Source of the DNA: Mobula hypostoma
Taxonomy: Eukaryota
NCBI RefSeq assembly: GCF_963921235.1
Contig: NC_086097.1
Location: 167,092,001 to 167,156,000, forward strand
Direction of reading: 5' to 3'
DNA: 64,000 bases
A model generated the notes under the pieces. The model saw only the letters and a program-made list of their open reading frames with translations, was not told the DNA's origin and searched no databases. The translations under genes were made by a program, and so were the position numbers. Shown here in pieces: positions 38,300 through 52,124 of the stretch (the stretch's first letter is position 1; each line of letters starts with the position of its first letter).

Positions 38300-39090
38300 A
38301 TTGAGGGCCATAAATCCAGCGTAGCCCAAACTTGTGCTATGACAACAACCTTTTCCTCGAAGTCAGCAAAAGGAAGAGAACTGGTCATTGACTTCAGAAA
38401 GGGGGGGGGGGGTGTCCTGCACCGGTTCCTATTTACATCAACAATTCTGAGGTGGAGATGGCTGAGACCCTCAAGTTCCAAGGTGTAAATACCACTGATA
38501 GTTTGTCCTGGTCCAACCATGTAGATACCATGGCCGAGAAAGAGCATCAGTGCTTCAACTTCCTGGCACGCATCTATTGACTCTCACCACAGACAACAAT
38601 TTTTCTACACGTAGAGAAACCACCCTGCCTGAGATGAGAAGAAACTGCAGAGAGCTGTAGATACAGCTCAGCACATTGTGTAAACCAGCCTCCTCTCCAT
38701 GGTCTCCATCTACACTTCCGATGCCTCAGAAAAGCAGCCAATATAATCAAAACCCCCTCCTGGCCCAAATACATTCTCTTCTCCCTCCTCTCATTGGGCA
38801 GAAGGTACAAAACCCGAAAGCACATACCAGCAGACTCAAAGACAACTTCACTGTTGTTATGCTATGGAACAGAGCTCTTGCATGCTATGATGGACTATTG
38901 ACCACACAATCTACCTCCTCATGGCCAGGAAGATTATTGTCCACCTGCACAGCACTTCCTTTGCAACTATTATACCATATTCTGCATCCTGTTATCCCTT
39001 GCACATCCTCACTCTACTGATGCCATGGATATGGATGGTATACAAAACAAGATCTTCACTATGTTTCAGTGTATGGGGCAATAAAAAAAA
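38300..39090 (+). mobile_element. Rex1/Babar-type LINE fragment
   Basis: KGRELVIDFRK, CLRKAANIIK-like and TSRLKDNF motifs; AATAAA near 39080. Confidence 0.7.
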
Positions 39091-40048
39091 ATCAATTACC
39101 ACTTTTATATAGAGTGGCCTTTCCTGACATCACAATGGTCATCTTGTAAAAGGACCGGAGAGTCAGCAAATGGCTACATGGCTTATTGGAAGCTGGAGTC
39201 AAAGAGGGCAGGTGTTGAAGAGCTTGGGGCTGGTGAGAAGGGGGGTGGGGGTGTTATGCATCGGGTGGGGACTGGCAGTTTGCAATCGTGAGGCCATAGT
39301 TTTGTCTCGCCTTTGTTCTCAGTGTTCTATGTAAGTGGTGTCATTGAATGAAGCACAGGGTAATTCTTTTTTTTTAATTTTTTTAATTAATTTTTTATGT
39401 GTTTCTACAATAGAGCTACAGAAAAAAAATCAACAAAATGGAGATTTATACAGTGCAAAACAAACAAGTCCAATATATAATTAATAACATTAAAAAAAGC
39501 ACCCAAAATAAAATCATGTAAGATTAGTGTCCACCCCAACCTCCCACTGAAAACAAAACCCAGGCCAATCATTTCTGTGTATAAAAGAAAAAAAATTAAT
39601 CGGAGCATTCAACCCCACAGAGCTGCAAATATATATGAGAAAAGGAAGTACAATGCCGACTACAAAAACTATATTGTAATTCACAACAAAAAACCGTAAA
39701 ACTTACAGGGAAAAAAAAGCTGAAAGTAAGGGATTGTAGCATACAAAAAAACAATAAACTTAACCTAAAGAGGAGTTATGAAAATATTCAGAAGGTCCCC
39801 ACACCTTGTGAAACTTTATGTCCGAATTAAGAAATGAATAATGTATCTTTTCAAGGTCTAAACAGGATATAATATTACTAAGCCATTGAGCGTGAGTGGG
39901 TGGGGCAGCATCTTTCCACCTAAGAAGAATTAACCATCTAGCCAAGAGAGAGGAAAAAGATAATGTTCGACCTTTACCCTGACTCAAGTGCATATTTACT
40001 TCACCCAAGGTGCCAAAAACAGCAACCAGAGGGTTAGGTTCTAAATGG

Positions 40049-40938
40049 TGTGACGAGAATACACATAAATTAAGATGTTTGCTGGCCTGGGCTAGCACCA
40101 GTGGCATCAGCAGTGGTCTGCCACCTGTCCTCAGGGGAGGGAGAGATAAGGAACACAATGAAGCAGCATTTGGAGATGTTAATGAAGGAGCCATCAGTCT
40201 GGGTATTGTCAAGATCGGCTCCCCCTTTGAACCCTGAACTGTTTGAAGTGTGATGGACAGGCGATACCCCAGCAGGGGGGATAAAAAGGGACAGGTTCGC
40301 TAAGGCAACACACACGACACCACGAGGTAATGAGACCCTGGAAGCGGTGCCCCCCACCCCCCGCAAGTCGGCGGGAGTCGTTTGGAAGGCTGGTTGCGGA
40401 ACCAAGCCATAGACGCACAGGGTGGAAAGGTACGATCAGCAGGAACCCGGTGTGTGTCCACCCTTGCTTGGGTGCCAGGTTCACTGCAGAGGATCGACCG
40501 CATCTGGAGGAGGGGTCACAGTCGGTGACCTCAGGTGACATCACAAAGGACTCGCCCGAAAGCTGCTTGTGAGCAATATCGCAGGTCTGTGAGTGGAAGC
40601 CATTTTGAATGATCATTCGTTCTTGTTCTCTCTCTCTTTCCCCCCACATTGTCCATTGCCACGGCAACGATTACTGCGAACTGAACTAAATTGAACTGGA
40701 CTTTGTGTCACTTTGAAATTGGTCATTTACCCCTAGACAACGATAGAGCTTGATTGATCTTGTTATCTTAATTCTGTGCACATGTGTGTTTATCATTGCT
40801 GAACGGTTGCATTTATTATCCTTTCGATTACTGTGTTGCTTGTTTCTTTAATAAAACCTTCTTAGTTCGAGTAATCCAGACTCCAACTGAGTGATCCATT
40901 TCTGCTGGTTTGGCAACCCAGTTACGGGGTACATAACA
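40049..40938 (+). mobile_element. Solo LTR (890 bp), probably Ty3/Gypsy-type
   Basis: TGTGACG...CATAACA termini, 4-bp TSD ATGG (40045-40048, 40939-40942), AATAAA at 40850-40855, CpG-rich; L1 reading frame is continuous across it. Confidence 0.85.
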
Positions 40939-40960
40939 ATGGCAATTAAGGATATGAGAT

Positions 40961-42573
40961 TTTTTTAAATTTCAAAATATACTTTATTCAAAAATAAAAT
41001 TAGATACAATAACCATTCAGTAACTTTCCATCTTTTACATACGTTTCCATTATTGTCTATACATATCCATACTTATAGCCACCCATGTGGCCTTCAGTTG
41101 TTCACCTTACCACATCATTGTTGAGGGGTATACTCCCCGCCCACCGACCCCTCCCACTCCCACGGGTGGAGAAACCTATACCGTGGTCCTTCCCCACCGG
41201 GCCCTTGCGGTGGCTGCACCGAGTTTCAGTGCATCCCTCAGCACGTACTCCTGCAGCCGAGAATGGGCCAGTCGGCAGCATTCTCCCACAGATATCTCCA
41301 TGTGCTGGTAGATCATCAAGTTTCGGGCTGACCAAAGAGCGTCTTCATCAAGTTGATGATCTGCCAGCAGCACCGGATGTTGGTCTCCGTGTGCATCCCC
41401 GGGAACAGCCCGTAGATCAGAGAGTCCTCTGTTACACAGCTGCTAGGGATGAAACGTGACACTAGCCCGTCCATCCTCCTCCACACCCTCCCTGCGAACT
41501 GACAGTGTGCAAAGAGGTGGGTCACAGACTCCTCCTTACTGCAGTCCTCCCGTGGGCAGTGGGGTGCGGAGACGACGTCCCGGGCGTATAGGAAGGATCT
41601 GACTGGGAGGGCCCCTCTCACCGCCAGCCAGGCGAGGTCCTGGTGCCTGTTGGTGAGATCTGGCGATGAGGTATTTTGCCAGATGAACTGGACAGTCTGC
41701 TCAGGGAACCACCCCACTGTGTCCATCATGTCCTTCTCCTGCAGTGCCTGCAGGACATTACGTGACAACTACTGCCTGATGGCCCTGTGGTCAAAGGCGT
41801 TGTCCTGGAAGAACTTTCCTATGAAGGACAGGTATGGCGGCAACGACCAGCTGACTGGGGTGTTGCGCAGGAGTGGGGCCAGACCCATCCTTCGTAGCCA
41901 GGGCGACCGGTAGAACCTGGGCACATAGTGGTACTTGGTGCCCACATACCTGGGTTCTACACACAACCTGATACAGCCACACATGAAGCTGACCATCAGG
42001 GTGAGGGCAACATTGGGGACTTTCTTGCCCCCATTGTCCAGGGACTTGTGCATGGCAGCCCGTCTGACCCGCTCCATCTTGGATGCCCAGACAAATCTGA
42101 AGACAGCGCGGGTGATTTCCGAACTGTAGGAGTGGGGGACGGGCCACTCCTGCGCCAAGTACAGCAGCCCTGAGAGCACCTCACACCTAATGACCAGGTT
42201 CTTGCCCGTTATCGATAGGGAGCGCCCTCCCCACAGTCCCAGTTTCTGTTTCACTTTGGCAGTCTGCTCCTGCCAGTTCTTGTTGCACGCCTCAGCCCCT
42301 CCGAACCAGATCCCCAACACCCTCACGTGGTCAGACCTGATGGTGAAGGGGACACTGGATCGGTCGGGCCAGTTGCCGAAGAGCATGGCTTTGCTCTTCA
42401 TGCGGTTGACCTTGGCCCCCGATGCTAGCTCGAACTGTTCGCAGGTGCCAATCAACCTGCGAACTGACCTTGGAACAGAGCAGAAGACGGTGACGTCGTC
42501 CATGTACAGGGAGGTTTTCACTTGGGTCCCTCCACTGCCTGGCAGCGTCCACCCTCTTATGCCCTCATCCCTC
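40961..42573 (-). mobile_element. Tx1-type (L1-Tx1 clade) retrotransposon, 5'-truncated
   Basis: RT YMDDVTVF, ASGAKVN, VLGIWF, CPREDC..ESVTHLFAHC; ORF ends RWGRTTV* at 41176; AATAAA plus A tail; GC-rich; possible 3-bp duplication GAT (40958-40960, 42574-42576). Confidence 0.9.
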
Positions 42574-45500
42574 GATAGGGTTGAAAAAACTTCTCTCCAG
42601 AATTTCTCTAGACTAGGACAGGCCCAGTACATATGGATAAGAGAAGCCTCAGCCCCTTTACGCTTATCACAAATGGGACTAATGTCAGTGTAAAACGGCG
42701 ATAATTTAGTTTTGGATATATGAGCCCTGTGCACAACCTTGAACTGCAAACGGCAGCGGCGAGCACATAGAGAGGTTGAGTTGACTGACTTAAGAATTGA
42801 ATCCCAAATCGCATCAGATAAAGAAATATTTAGATTATGTTCCCAGGCAGTTCTAATTTTATCGAAGGGGGCACACCTCAAAATCACTAACTTATCCTGA
42901 ATAGCAGATATTAAAACTTTACACAATGGATTGATACAAAGAAACAGGTCCAGAACATTTTTCTCAGGCATCTCAGGAAAGTTTGATATTAAAGGGTTAA
43001 TGAAATGTCTAATTTAAAGATATCTAAAGAGATGAGTATTAGGTAGGTTAAATTTTACAGACAGTTGTTGAAAAGTTGCAAAACGATTATCTATGAAAAG
43101 GTCTTCAGAGCGCCTAATACTGTTGCTATACCAATTGTAAAACATTGAATCCTGCATAGAAGGTAGGAAAAGGTGATTGTGTAAAATAGGGCTAGAGAGA
43201 GAAAAACCATGAAGACCATTACATTTTCTGAACTGAGCCCATATTCTCAGAGTATGTCTAATAAGAGGATTAACAATAAGTCTAGGCAAATGACAAGGAA
43301 GTGCGGAACCGAGAAGTGCAGAAATGGAAAGATCCTTAGTAGAATTCAACTCCATTGCCACACATTTTGGGCAGTCAGACTGATCATGGAAGAAAGACCA
43401 AAAAATAAGACAACGAATATTGGCTGCCCAATAATATAAACAGCACAGGGTAATTCAAACTTCAGGGAAAACCACTTGCTGGTCAGGAGGATTGAAATTT
43501 GTGTCAGAGGCTTCCTTTGTATGTGTACAAGGCTTTCAGTTTGCTTCAGGCATTCATAAAGGAAACTCCTTGTTTGTTTTCAAATGACAGGAGATATTCA
43601 TCTATCATTTTCAGGCTAAATATCTAGGCCTTTTTATTACTTCAAAGGAATGTCACTTACGCAGCAAATTGTCGAGTGTGTTTGTTAAAAACCTGGAGAT
43701 CAGTGTATTGAAAACGCAAAGAAATGCTTGATGTAGAATCAGTTGCCACTGAATTGAAAATCACAGCAGACATTTGCAATCAATTAATACTGCAGATAAA
43801 ATCTGCACTTCAGGATATTAAATAACAGAAACTGCACTTGGCATTATTAATTGTGCCTAGAAATAAATCTTCACAAACATTAGCACAGACTGCATGGAAG
43901 TCATGCTGAAGAGAAACAAACATCTGAGACAAAGCAGCCCTCAAATCTGAAAACAATATGCTCCTTTATTCAAGCTATTACTAATTCATTGTTACTAGAC
44001 AATAACTATCTCACTCGAATGCCCAATAGTTACTTATCTCACATTCTTCAGTTTGGTAAACATGACACTGAAAGCTTCTGAAAAACATTCCTTCAACAGA
44101 ATTTAACAACGAATAAAGCCCACAGGCCAGGCAATGATAAAACAGCTGGATGTCTCCATGGCTAACTCCAGAATAAATACAATTTGGCTAAATACAAAAA
44201 GAATTCAGTTGACTTCCACACAAGACACAACCCTAGTATCACTGCAGCCAGATATTATTCATTTTTTCGTATTACCTCTAGCCAATTTATCTTTAAGCTA
44301 TTTTCAGGATCCAAGAAAATGGATTGATTATTCACATTCAGATAAGACTATCAAGAGAAATACAAAGGGAACTGTTCAGATTTCAGAATAGCTTATTTGC
44401 AAAGAAGGCTTTTCACAGGAAAAGTTATCCATGACATACTCAGGAGGATGCAGAAGTCTGCCTACAGGAAATCTTTGCTTTGCTTCCAGCTGTGGTTTCT
44501 ACCATAGCACAGAATATATTGATCTACTCAAACCTCAAGAAGCCCTAATCTTCTTCTTTTGTTAATCCAATTCTTTGCCTTCAGTATTAACCAATCAATC
44601 TAGGGTTAAAAGCTAACTGAATCGTTGTACACCAACCACAAAGTTAGTCCAGGAGCAAGGAGGTACCAAGATAATTGGAGGTTAAATTCTGCCACACAAA
44701 CACCACCCTCTATACCCCCTGGCTGTACAGACAAAAGAAGTCCTGTTCAAACAATTTACAGCCCTCAAAAATCATACTTAATGTGTTTGTCTTAAAAGAA
44801 GGGAACTAATTGAAGTATTACAAATTGGCATTGTTGACATTTCATAATATAGAAATAGGGAGACCACCAAGCCTCTTAAGCCTGTTGCAATGAGATCATG
44901 GGTAGTCTGTGACTTATGATTAGGCACTTGAAGGAACAATAGACTGTGGATGCTAGAAATGTGGAGCAGCACAGAAAATATTGGTCATTCCAACACCAGT
45001 ACAGAAGAAGGGTTTCAGCCCAAAATTTTGACTGTTAATTTCCCTCCATAGATGTTGCCTGGCCTGCTGAGGTGCTCCAGCATTTTGTGTGTTGCTGCAA
45101 GTACTTGAATGTCTTCATATCCCTTTTAACCAGCCGTTATCATAATCCCATCAACATCAAGTTTATAATTGATGATTGTTGTCTGCAGATGCAAGCGTAT
45201 CCTGGTCCAATTTATCCTAAGAAATTGTACTTATGCCTGCAGTATACTTATCAATCAGCTTACACTGAAAAAGTTAACTAGCTAGCATCTGTATGCAGTT
45301 TTCATTGTTGGACCGGGTCAATATGTACAATTACTGTAAAAAAAAACGTCTCTGAGAAAGAATGTTCTGATAGTTTCTATAAAAGTCAAAAATTTAGAAA
45401 ATGATATGCACTGGGTGAAAGAGGCTTATCTTCCAATCAGCTTCAATGGATTTATTCAGATACTTTTGACCCATGGTTAGATATCCTGCTGTTCTTAATT

Positions 45501-45639
45501 GCAAAGTCAAGGTCAAATATGTGCATGAAAAAATCTAAGCTATTCCAGTGGTCATGATAAGCTGTTGATATTACTGATGTTAACACTCTACAGAGATCCC
45601 ACTAAAAGATAAACCTAAACTCTGTTGTTTTGGTGAATA

Positions 45640-46479
45640 CAGTGGTTTTGTGTTAATTGGGCCATAGGTTAATCAGGACAGCTACTTATTTGGGAGAACT
45701 CTTAAAGAACAAAAATTAATCCAGAAAATTGCTGGGTTTTCCTTTGTTTATTTAGGACACTACGCTTCTTAATTGGGGAGACTGTTGCTGAACATTTTCT
45801 CACTAGCATCAGACACGTGTACTTGCTTGGCTGCTAGGCACTACAGTGTGCTTAGAGAAAACAGTTTTTAAATAGTGTCAGTGGCATTTACTTGTGTTCA
45901 AGACACAGTGATTTTTTTGTCACTGATAGTTGGCTAGAAATAAGTTGTAAGACAACTCAGGGCTGTTTTGCTCAGTATGATTTCAAGCATTCAGGCTTGG
46001 AGATACCAGAAATGGCCAGGAGTGAAAATGAAATGATTTCACAAGTTCAGTTAGGAACTCAGAAGAATTTGACGGTATCAACAATCATCTTGAATGTTAC
46101 AATGAAAATAAAGATTTGGAGGATGCAATCTTCAATAGCATTGTATGAAGGCAGTCAATGATCTACAATAGGAGACTATGTTGATCTTGTTCATTTACAG
46201 TCAATCAAAAAAACCATGCCAGCACACATTAGATGAATTCCTCCATCGATAACCATTAGGGACTAATACACAAGTTTTATAGTACTGTGGTGGTACTGAG
46301 AGTGTTCTAATTAGTTCTGTATTTAATTTGAACACATAATTTATTACTCAGTTAAATAGTAGTTCGTCTTTTTTATACCATTTTAACTATTTCCATGAAA
46401 CTTCAGCTAATTGGAGCAGCCACTTAATTGGGCCAAAATGTACTGGTCCCAATGTGTCCCAATGAACAGAAATCCACTG
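45640..46479. mobile_element. Tc1/mariner (Tigger/pogo-like) non-autonomous DNA transposon
   Basis: TA|CAGTGGTTTTGTGTTAATTGGG ... CCCAATGAACAGAAATCCACTG|TT; TIRs match 19/22; TA target on the left. Confidence 0.75.
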
Positions 46480-49400
46480 TTTTTGAAAACTAATCTATTA
46501 AAAGAAATCATTCTGAATTCATTTCTAGTAAAAATATAACAAGATAAAACAAAACACAAAGAAATGGAAGAACTCTCTGTGTCAGGCATATTTATATAGG
46601 CTAAATAGGTAATTGATGTTTCAGATCCTGACTCTTCACCAGACTAAGAAACAGAGGGGAAACAGCCAGCACAAAAAAGGGCTATAATAGATGCTAGGAT
46701 CCAAGTTCCTTGTGTCTACAATATAAAACAATATTGCAAAATATATTGTTTCAACATTTTACATTTTTTTTAGAAAAAAAATTGAGAATTTAATACATTG
46801 CTTTCTCCAGAGGACAATTCAGCAATTGTTTCGAAGGTGATCATTTGCATTCTAAATCTTTATATCCAGAAGCATCTTAATGATACTAACTAGAAATCTG
46901 CCTGGGTATAAGTCCCTTAAAATAGAACATGAATTTTCTGATGGTTTAAAGAAAACAAGGTCCATTTATTTGCCAACTATTATCTAGTGGTTGGAAGCTA
47001 AACTATTAATGGGTTTGGATGGAACAATTTGAACAGTTTAGAATAAAATAGTAAACTGAACTAGCCAATTTCTGTAGATCGCCAGTTCCTCCCAGGCATA
47101 ATAATATTTACACTATCATGCCTCAAATTATTTCAATATCTGCTATACTGCAAAATGTAACTTCCTTAAATTCTCATGTGGATAATCAATATAATCTATG
47201 TGGGTTGATCTATGAAGTTGGTTTCATAAATCAACCCTGACATAATATTTCACCACATCTCTCTCTCTCTCTCACTCTCACTCACACACACACCACACCC
47301 TATTTTCAGAAAATGGGATCTTTAGCTCTGTCAGATAATATTCTGAAAAAAATGGAACAGCAGGTTCAAGTCCCTAAAAAATCATGACAAAAAACCCAAT
47401 AATATTTACTCAGTTTTCTCTTTTGAATTTACAGCTTGACTGTAAGATTCTTTCTCACAAATCATTTAGTTCTCTTCATAATTTAGATTATATTATTTAA
47501 ACTTCTTATGTCATTTTCATAGTGAATATATCTTTTTCATACTGTGGAAATTAAAATAGTGCATGATCTCTGAAGTTTGGTTATCCAAATGATTTATTAA
47601 GTACCTCAGTATTTTGACTCCATACATCCCTTTTACATTTGTCCCAACATCTGAATTCCTTTATTCACTGCCACTGAGTATTGTAGTGAGAAACCCAAAT
47701 AATACTTATAAACTTGTATCAAATCTCCCCTCAGCCTTTACCACTCCAGGGAAAACAACCCAAATTTTGTCCAACTTCTCCCTATAGTACATGTGCTCTA
47801 ATGCAGGCAGCAACCTGGTAAATCTCTTCTGCATCCTTTCCAATGCCTAAAAGTCCTTCCTGTAAAGGGGCAACCAGAATTGAATCCAACACTGCAGATG
47901 CAGCAAAATAAGTGTTTTAGTTTACTCTGTGAGTTCCATGTGAACAAGTGATTTTATTACACCCTGTTGCATGTGAAAATAACCTGATCTGAACCAAATA
48001 CTTCAACTTCTTCCACTGCCTTATTCCCACAGCAACGAAGACTTTACTGAAACCTACTACTTTTCCTTTCAAAGCTCACAAGTCACATCACTGTAAAAAA
48101 AGTGAGTTGCATCATCAAAATCCTCCTTGATGAAGCTTTATTTGCCCTTTTTATGCTCTTATTTCTATTCAGGAGTATGTCCATATTTCTTTATGACACA
48201 GAAGGCAGAATTCTGGTTTACACAGTAATCCCATTCCCCTATCAATTTTCACTGTAACCTATTCTCACATTCCAACAATTCCACCCTCCCCCCCCCCACC
48301 CCGCCTCCAAGATTCTACCCTTCATCTACAGTCTAGGAGCAGCAATTAGGCCTACCAACCAATACGTCCCTGGGCCATGCGAGAAATTTACACAATCACA
48401 GTGAGAATGTGTACATACCTCACAGACAACGAGAGGTAGGATTGAACCCAGGTGACTGGAACTGTGAACTAACAGCTTTAATCTACACCACTGTACCCAA
48501 GGTAGCTTTCTAGCTACTTAAAGATGCCAATGATTCAATCTAAGAAGGATATTTGATCAAAGTTTACAAGATCACAAATTTTGATAATAAGTGTACTTTG
48601 AACTTTTTTTGAACATCACATTGTTAATGATCTGCTTTCAATTTTTCTAGTTTTTGATAATTAGTTTATTATTGCCACGTGTGCCGAGATATAACAAGAA
48701 AATGTCTTGCATGTCATCCATATAGATCATTCAAAAACTTAACTACAATGGAGAAAGCAATAACAGGATGCAGAATGTAATTTTACAGTTACCATCACAA
48801 AGGAAGTGCAGTGCAAGTAGACAAATACGGTGCAAAGGCCACGTTAAGGTAGATTGAGAGACCAACAGTTCATCTTTATTGTACAAGTGGCCGATTTAAG
48901 AGTCTTATAATATCAGGATAGAAGCCAATCATGAGCCTAGTGGCATGCGTTCTTAAGCTTTGGTATCTTCTGCCCGGTGGAAGGGGGAGAAGAGTGAGTC
49001 ATCTGTGGTGAAAGGGGTTCTTGATTTTGCCGGCTGCTTACCAAGCTGAGGCGCACCCAGACAGGATGCATCCTATGGTGCATTAATAAAAATGGCGAGG
49101 ATATTTCAACAATTTTGTTTTTTTTAAATGATTTCAAGTGGCATAGAAACTGTTATAATGTCTCTCAGTTTGGACAGGAAGCAGAACTCCAGCCCGTTTT
49201 ACCACCTGTCAAAGGTGGGGCTATCAAAAGCCTACCAGCTACACCTTTGCAGCCAGATTTATGTGCGTGGAGAACCATTCCAGATCAGATGAACCTGGTT
49301 GGACACGGACCACAGAAGGCAGTAAACCAGATCCGACAAAATCCAGTCCACAGTTTCCTGGGTTACTTTTGCTACCATGTTATAAAAATGGTCTAACATC

Positions 49401-49949
49401 TGCTTTACACAGTCCCCAAGCTGCTCCCTGGATGATTTGTACAACACATCCTTCAATTGTTTTCCCTGACTTCCTCAAGGATCCCTGGATACATTTTATC
49501 CCTATGATTTATTTACCTTAAGTCTGCACAGCTGTTTGGCAAGTGTGTGAGGTGAGATGTCTGGGTTCTCTCTTTGCCCACAGTGGGAGGCGTTGAATGA
49601 ACTTACCAAGACCCAAAACCCAAGAGCTACAACAAATATGTCAGTTTATTCCAATGGTGCCCCTTGATTGACTCCAGAAGCTTCTACAAAAAGTGAAGCA
49701 ACCCAGACAGCAGAAAACAACCCTACAGTGCACTTAAAGAGGGAAGAGCTTCAATCAACAGCCAACTTTTTATAACCAATCCTACATATATTTTTTCCTT
49801 TGACAAATCTTCAAAGATGACTTGATGGTATACATACATTGAAGGGATCAGTGATGGTGGCTCACAGCCACAAAAACGTGGACAAATTTGGACCTCCACT
49901 GATGTTTGTGTGGAGTTTGCAGGTTCTTCCTGTGATGGAGTAGGTTTAC

Positions 49950-50905
49950 AGAATGGTACAGTACAGGCCCATCAGTCCACAATGTTGTTTCTAGATTTTA
50001 ACCTACTCTAAGATCAACCTAACCCATCACTCCCATGTACCACTCCATTTTTCTTTTATCCATGTGCCTAAGAGTAACTGACGTGTCCCTATTGTACCCG
50101 CTTTTACCAACACCACAATACATTGCACGCACTTCCCACTCTCTGTATAAAAAAAAAGCACCTAGCATTAACATCCTCCCTACACTTTCCTCCGATCACC
50201 TTAAAAGTATATCCTTTCATACTTGCCATTGCCACCCTGGGGAAAAAAGGTGGCTGTCTACTCTGTCTATACCTTACATAATTTTCTATACCTCAAGTCT
50301 CCTCTCAACCTCTTTTGCTCTAAAGAGAAAAACTCTAGTTTGCTCAACCTTTCCTCATAAGACATGCTCTCTAATCCAGACGGTATCCCAGTAAATTTCC
50401 TCTGCATCATCTCTAAAGCTTCCACACCCATCCCAAAATGAGGCGACCTGAACTGAACACAATATTCCAAGTATGGTCTAACTAGAGCTTTATATAGAAC
50501 TGCAACATTATCTTGGGGCTCTTGAACCCAATCCCCCAACTAACAAATTAACCACATATGCCTCCTATCAACTTGCATGGCAACTTAAGGGATCCTTCTG
50601 TTCCTCCATACTGCTAAGAATCATGCCATTAACTTTGTACTCTACCTTCAAGTTCAACTTTCCAAAGTGTATCGTATCACACTTCTCCAGGATGAACTCC
50701 ATCTACTGCTTCTCAGTCCAGTTCTACATCCTGTCAATGCCCCATTGTACCCTACAGCAACACTGTCTACAATGCCATCTACCTTCATGTCACCTGCAAA
50801 CTAACTAACCCAGCCTTCCACTTTCTCATCAAAGTCACTTATAAAATTCACAAAGAGCTGGGGTTCCCAGGCAGATCTCTGCAGAACATCACTGGTCCAG
50901 GCAGA
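49950..50905 (-). mobile_element. Degraded CR1 3' portion
   Basis: LYKALVRPYLEYCVQF, KRLRGDL, decayed VPQGSVLGP motif. Confidence 0.8.
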
Positions 50906-51799
50906 ATACACTCCACCAACCAGCATAAGACCATAATACATAGGCGCAAAATTCGGCCATTTGAGTCTGCTCTGACATTCGATCATGGCTGATTCAATTT
51001 CCCTGTAGATTTATAGAGCACTACAGCACAGAAACAGGCAAATTGGCTCATCTGGTCTGTATTCATTCCACACGTGCACCAGCTTCTGATTAAAGTAGTT
51101 CTCCATCAGGTTCCTGAAATATTTCACCTTTCATTTTTAACCTATGACCTCTAGTTTTAGTCTCAGTGGAAAAAAACTGCCGGCATTTGCCCATTTATAC
51201 CCCTCATAATTTTGTATACTTCTATCCAGTTGCCCTTCATTCTCCTCTACTCCAGGAAATAAAATCCTAAACTTTTCAACATTTCTCTAAAACTCCCAGC
51301 AACATCCTCATAATTTTTCTCTGTACTCTTTCAATCTATTTTGTAGGTGGGTGCCTAGACCTCTGGATTTAACTGATTTGATGACCCTTATTTGTCAAGG
51401 GAAAAGTGAAAACAACCATGTCTCTATTACCTCAGCATTGATCAAACTCTGAGGCACACTTCCAAGTTTCTTGGTGAGGCCAAATTTTGGAGTGCATTTC
51501 TGGTCAGCTACCTATATGAACAAATACAAATTCAAATATACAATATTTTAACAAGGTAGTTTAAACTTCTGAGTTGATAAATGTGATAGATTGGTGGACA
51601 TATTTTGGCAAGTAAAATAAAACCAGGAAATACAAGAAACTCTCCGGATGCTGCCTGGATTTGTTATGAGGAGTGCTCAGAAGCACTTAAGTTGTTTTCT
51701 GTAGCGAAGCTGTGGGTAACCCTAACAGAAGTTAGAAAGGTAGCATGGTGCATAGAGGTTGGCATGGTAACATAGAGGTTGCACGGTAACGGATAGAGG

Positions 51800-52110
51800 T
51801 TGCACGGTAACGGAGTGCTTAGTGCAATGTTTTGCAGCACCAGCAATCAGAAGATTGGGGTTCAATTCGCACCACTCTGGAAGGAGTTTGTACATTCTCC
51901 CTGTGATTGTGTGGGGTGTGGGATGTGGGATTTCTCTGGGTGTGCACTGCAGAAGACCAATGGGTGAGGGTTAGTAAGTTGTGAGCATGCTGTGTTAGTG
52001 TTGGAAGCTTGGTGACACTTGTGGGCTGCCCCACCTCATCCTCTGACTGTGTTGGTCATTGGCACAAATGGCATATTTTGCTGCATGTTTTGATGTACGT
52101 ATGACAAATA
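51800..52110 (+). mobile_element. V-SINE with Rex1-like tail
   Basis: B-box GGTTCAATTC, core GGAGTTTGTACATTCTCCC, tail TGACAAATAAAG. Confidence 0.6.
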
Positions 52111-52124
52111 AAGATAATTTTTAA

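Larger units (their letters stand above)
39367..43441 (-). mobile_element. 5'-truncated L1-clade LINE hosting a solo LTR and a Tx1 insertion
   Basis: ORF2 C-terminal pieces (YYWAANIR, LQFKVVHRAH, HMYWACP, ILLRWKDAAPP..W, KFHKVW); poly(A) at 39367; 15-bp TSD AGCACAGGGTAATTC (39352-39366, 43442-43456). Confidence 0.92.

Noticed and set aside
49140..49520. Coding-looking unique stretch (MKDVLYKSSREQ...)
   Set aside because: No recognisable family and no convincing splice pair; unresolved without a database search.
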